From the NCBI GenBank assembly GCA_010093995.1, contig ML992512.1:877831-941830 (forward strand): a stretch of 64,000 bases of DNA, given 5' to 3'. The stretch comes from Elsinoe ampelina (Eukaryota). The stretch's first letter is position 1; each line of letters begins with the position of its first letter. The notes below the pieces were generated by a model. It was not told the origin of the DNA. It saw only the letters and a list, made by a program, of their open reading frames with translations, and searched no databases. Of this stretch, positions 60,210 to 64,000 are shown piece after piece. The translations under genes were made by a program, and so were the position numbers.

Positions 60210-60246
60210 GATTGCTAAAGCTTCGGTCCCACTAGTGCGACGTCGA

Positions 60247-61101
60247 TCATAGCTTTGGGTTGCTCCACCTTGGCTTGCGCTTCTCAGCATACGCTTTGAT
60301 GCCCTCGTGAAAATTTTCGCCCTTGACGAGGAGTGGGTACCACTCATTCGCTAGCCTTGCTACGGAGCTTTCGACATGTCCATCTTCCCACGCCATACGA
60401 ACACCTCGGCGCGCGATAAATAGCGCATCTGGGCTATTCTGGCACATTGCTTTTGCAACTCTGACAGCCTCCTGGACCACGTCACCGTGTACTATGGTGT
60501 TGATCAGGCCCCACTGTGCGAGTTCAGTTGCATTGACTGATCGTCCAGTAAGTACCAGGTCCATAGTCCGTTGCATGCCGATTGTGCGAGCGAGTCGAGG
60601 CAAGCATCCAGCCACGGGAACGATGCCTCGTTTCACCTCCGGCAGAGCAAATTGCGCATCATGAGAGGCCAAGATCATATCACAATTCGCGATCATCTCA
60701 AACCCGCCGCCCATTGTGATCCCGTTGACTGCTGCGATGATCGGTTTCTTGCCCTCGCGTCTGCACAGACCCGCGAGACCTGGTGCATCCATGCTGTTTA
60801 CAATTCCCGCTTTGTTCATGTCGTGCCATTCTGTAGATATGCAGTGAGCAAAGGTTTTAGAGTATGTCGAGAAGCAGAACTGACCGTGGAGATCTGCTCC
60901 AGTACAGAAAGCTCTGCCTTTACCTGTGATAATGCCTACCCAAAGATCCTCATCTTGGTCAAAGTCATTCCAGATAGATTCTACTGCTCGACTGGTGGCT
61001 TTGTCAATGCAATTGAGCTTATCTGGCCTGTCCAGAGTGACCAATAGTATATGTTGCTCTGGAATGGTGACCTGGTAGTTCTTGAACGTGCCTGTCTTCA
61101 T
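60247..61101 (-). CDS. sidH: Enoyl-CoA hydratase-family mevalonyl-CoA dehydratase, SidH-like
   Basis: AFCTGADL, KPIIAAVNG..MGGGFE, FALPEVKRG, PTS1-like PKL. Intron about 60831-60884. Divergent from sidF. Confidence 0.82.
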   Translation of the reverse strand: MKTGTFKNYQVTIPEQHILLVTLDRPDKLNCIDKATSRAVESIWNDFDQDEDLWVGIITGKGRAFCTGADLHGQFCFSTYSKTFAHCISTEWHDMNKAGIVNSMDAPGLAGLCRREGKKPIIAAVNGITMGGGFEMIANCDMILASHDAQFALPEVKRGIVPVAGCLPRLARTIGMQRTMDLVLTGRSVNATELAQWGLINTIVHGDVVQEAVRVAKAMCQNSPDALFIARRGVRMAWEDGHVESSVARLANEWYPLLVKGENFHEGIKAYAEKRKPRWSNPKL

Positions 61102-61357
61102 GATAATTTTGAACTGAAGTCGATCTTGAGACAGAACGACTCTTGGTATTTCAATCATGAATTTATAAGAACAACTACTGTGCACGGATCAGAACGGGAA
61201 GGCTCGAAGATTAGCCAACCAGAACTTCGCTAGTACCAATTCGTCTCTAGCTGGACCAGATTTCAAAGTCGAGGTTGCTCATGTTCATATTCCTCTTGCT
61301 TGAACCCCATACACATCCACGAGTGGCCTTTGCAAACAAGCCTTCGAAACCAGAACT

Positions 61358-62686
61358 ATGACGCCCAGTCCTCTAACCTATTCTAAAGGTTATCAGTCTG
61401 TCAGACTCCCACATCCATGGCTTACGCGATATCGTGTTGCAGCAGATGCCGAGAGCCCAACGACCTTGAGGCTCAAATTCGAGCAGCAACCAGATGATGG
61501 TCTGTCAGTTCCTCAAAATTTGCACAATGATGCTTTGTCTTGGACGGACCTCGCCACTGGACCTTCAACGGAACTTCCTCCTCTGAACGACAATAGCGAT
61601 TGGGCGAGAGCTCGACGCAGCCCGGGAACTTCTTTCCGCTGGGAAGGCGATGAAATACCGACTCTTGGGCAATTCTGGAACGTTGTACACGCCATTTATC
61701 TTGCTTATCCGGCGCTCGAATACTTTCGCGCCGACTTACGAGGCACAGGGAAAGACATAGTCACGGAGGAGTTACTCAACACCGGTCTTGCAGCAAAACA
61801 TCCAGTAGCTGATCTTGCTGCCAAGGGGAGCTCTGAAGAGCTTCTGATCCTGCGAGGAGCGTTCTGGCAGGGCGCTGCATCTCCCATGGGACCCAGACCA
61901 ATCTGGACAGTCGGTCACGGCACTCGTGGTAATCTGAGAGAGGCACTGTCCGGATTCCCGTTGTTTCCTGAAACTCAGCACTTCACCAACAAGTTCCCAA
62001 GGGAGCCTGTATACACACAGCACCCTAGACGTCCACCAAAACCGTTCCCTGGATCCATTGCTTATAGCAGATACATCCCCGAGATCGGCCAACACTTTTC
62101 TCTTGAGGTCATTGACTGGCAAAATCAGGAGCATTTGAGACTGTTCAATGCATGGCAGAACGACCCTCGAGTAGCCAAGGGCTGGAATGAGACGGGCAGC
62201 CTGGACCATCATCGGGACTATCTGAGAAGGCTGCACTTCGACCCTCATGTTTTGTGCCTATTTGGAAGATTCGATCAAACTCGCTTCTCCTACTTCGAGC
62301 TATACTGGTCTCGCGAAGATCATTACGGCGCCCACTATCGAGCAGGTGATTTCGATCGAGGTCGACACTCTTTAGTTGGCGACGCCTCCTTCCGGGGATC
62401 TCACCGTGTCAACGCTTGGTACTCCAGTTGCATACACTTTTGCTTCCTCGACGAACCTCGCACTGCGAACGTGGTAGGAGAGCCGAGAGCGACCGGTGGA
62501 ACAATCTTGTCGTACGAGAATGCCCAGGGTCTCACGATTGGACATTACGTTGACCTTGGTCACAAGCGATCTGTGCACTCGATCTGCAGCCGCCAGAAAT
62601 GGTTTCAGCTATGTCCTTTATTTTGGGATGGCCGCGTCAAACCGCAGGAATCCGCCGATCGTATGGCGTGGGATGCAAAGTTGTAG
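61358..62686 (+). CDS. sidF: N5-hydroxyornithine:anhydromevalonyl transferase, SidF-like
   Basis: [66 protein letters not shown]-terminal AKL (PTS1). Confidence 0.9.
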   Translation: MTPSPLTYSKGYQSVRLPHPWLTRYRVAADAESPTTLRLKFEQQPDDGLSVPQNLHNDALSWTDLATGPSTELPPLNDNSDWARARRSPGTSFRWEGDEIPTLGQFWNVVHAIYLAYPALEYFRADLRGTGKDIVTEELLNTGLAAKHPVADLAAKGSSEELLILRGAFWQGAASPMGPRPIWTVGHGTRGNLREALSGFPLFPETQHFTNKFPREPVYTQHPRRPPKPFPGSIAYSRYIPEIGQHFSLEVIDWQNQEHLRLFNAWQNDPRVAKGWNETGSLDHHRDYLRRLHFDPHVLCLFGRFDQTRFSYFELYWSREDHYGAHYRAGDFDRGRHSLVGDASFRGSHRVNAWYSSCIHFCFLDEPRTANVVGEPRATGGTILSYENAQGLTIGHYVDLGHKRSVHSICSRQKWFQLCPLFWDGRVKPQESADRMAWDAKL

Positions 62687-63124
62687 ACTTACCAAGAACC
62701 AAGGTTCTCAATGCATGAATGTCAGGCGGCGTAGATTTGTGTCCCGCCGCCCCACAGCTCGGGTTTTCCCTAGCGAAGCATTAAGCTTTTACCCTACCTT
62801 CTGCCTCCTGCCTTTTCTACAACAGTTTCGGAAACGATGCACAAACGACGCCGGAAGATGTGTTCGCCGATGTCGCTTGTGGAGCCTCACATGTCATCCT
62901 CGATTTGCTACCGAACAGCAAACGAACAAGGATGGTACGGAGTACCAAGTCTTCAGCATGCGGGTGTGCTGCGCGAGGCTCTTGGGACTCATCCGCTGTT
63001 TCACTGAACTCCACGGTCTGGGATCAAAAGTCCATTGTTCTCGAGTGCCAGTCCATCGTACTCATTCTACTTCCACCAAAATCAGTACTCCCCAGCCTGA
63101 TCTGACTCTGGATTGGGCGACCTG

Positions 63125-64000
63125 ATGCGGATGTCGACAGGCAGCACCATGAATCTGGACGCTGACGGCAGTACGGTGACAAAACATCATGTCTCAGGCT
63201 TCTCTCAAATTGATATACCGGGATCACAATCTCCGCGAGTGCAATTACTGCTTCTTGCATGGCTTTCAACAGTGTTGAGATCGAAGAATACCGACGATGT
63301 TGAAGTTTATTGGACCATTCGGACCACCACATACTCACACCATTACGAGACTACGGAACAAGTCTTGCATGCTGCTACCATCCTTGACTCTCTTGAATCA
63401 CGAGTGGAAGAGGCAGCGAAGTTGATATCTGGTGTAGGTCTGGAGCCAATTCATCCTAGTGAACGACTTGTACGATTGAAGACCTTCCTAAATCCGGGGA
63501 CAGATTCGGATTCCGAAAGGCAGGTAAGTAATCTTCTGCCCAATGCCAGAGGATCCTACTGATTTGAGCCAGCCTGATCTGGAGGTGACGGTTCTGTTCG
63601 AACAGGATGACCTTGACATCGATTGTTGTATAAACAGTCATGACGCACGCAGATGGATATCCACACACTATGTCCACTGCTTCTTGGAAACCCTGGAAAG
63701 CTTCATCAAAGACTCAAGGGTCACATTGGCAGAATGTCTCCGCTGCACAGATCATGACATGACTGCGATTTGGAGCTGGAACAAAGTCTTACCAGATCTT
63801 CGAAAACTCTGCATGCAAGACATCATCGCAGATCAAGCAGCTGACTATCCAAACAAGCCGGCAATAGACTCCTGGGACGGTCGGCTCACTTACGCAGAAG
63901 TCGACCTGTACTCCTCTTATACGGCGACAATGTTAGTAGCGCGAGGCGTGCAACCTCACAGCTTTGTCCCAATCTGCTTCGAGAAGTCCAAATGGGCAAC
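63125..64000 (+). CDS. Extracellular-siderophore NRPS (SidD/NPS6-type), 5' part only
   Basis: Exon to about 63523, intron to about 63572, then IWSWN...PNKPAIDSWDGRLTYAEVD...VPICFEKSKW (start of an adenylation domain). Exact ATG uncertain (63125, 63131 or 63149). Runs off the window. Confidence 0.82.

Noticed and set aside
1..64000. CRISPR arrays, rRNA/tRNA genes, transposons, RIP-degraded AT-rich blocks
   Set aside because: None seen by eye. The window is eukaryotic and gene-dense. tRNAscan-SE and RepeatMasker would be needed to exclude small elements.

Overview
Gene-dense, intron-containing DNA from a filamentous ascomycete (GT..AG introns of about 45-60 nt with CTRAC branch points). A Dothideomycete is a guess from gene style only. 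About 28 protein-coding genes are supported, and no transposon, RNA gene or CRISPR array is visible. The most interesting element is a divergently transcribed pair encoding a GH31 alpha-1,4-glucan lyase (6210-9633, -) and an aldos-2-ulose dehydratase/isomerase (10723-13260, +). These are the two enzymes of the anhydrofructose pathway (glycogen/starch -> 1,5-anhydro-D-fructose -> ascopyrone M/microthecin). They sit next to an XIP aquaporin, an ascorbate-oxidase-like multicopper oxidase and an AA12 PQQ sugar dehydrogenase. The middle of the window holds five copies of an unnamed 4-TM domain in three genes around a BCS1-like AAA ATPase, plus housekeeping and carbohydrate genes. The right end is a fusarinine C/TAFC-type siderophore cluster (abcB-estB-sidG-mirB-sidH-sidF-sidD/NPS6, NRPS truncated) with SreA-type ATCWGATAA boxes. 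Exon boundaries were read by eye and family calls come from recalled motifs, not database searches.
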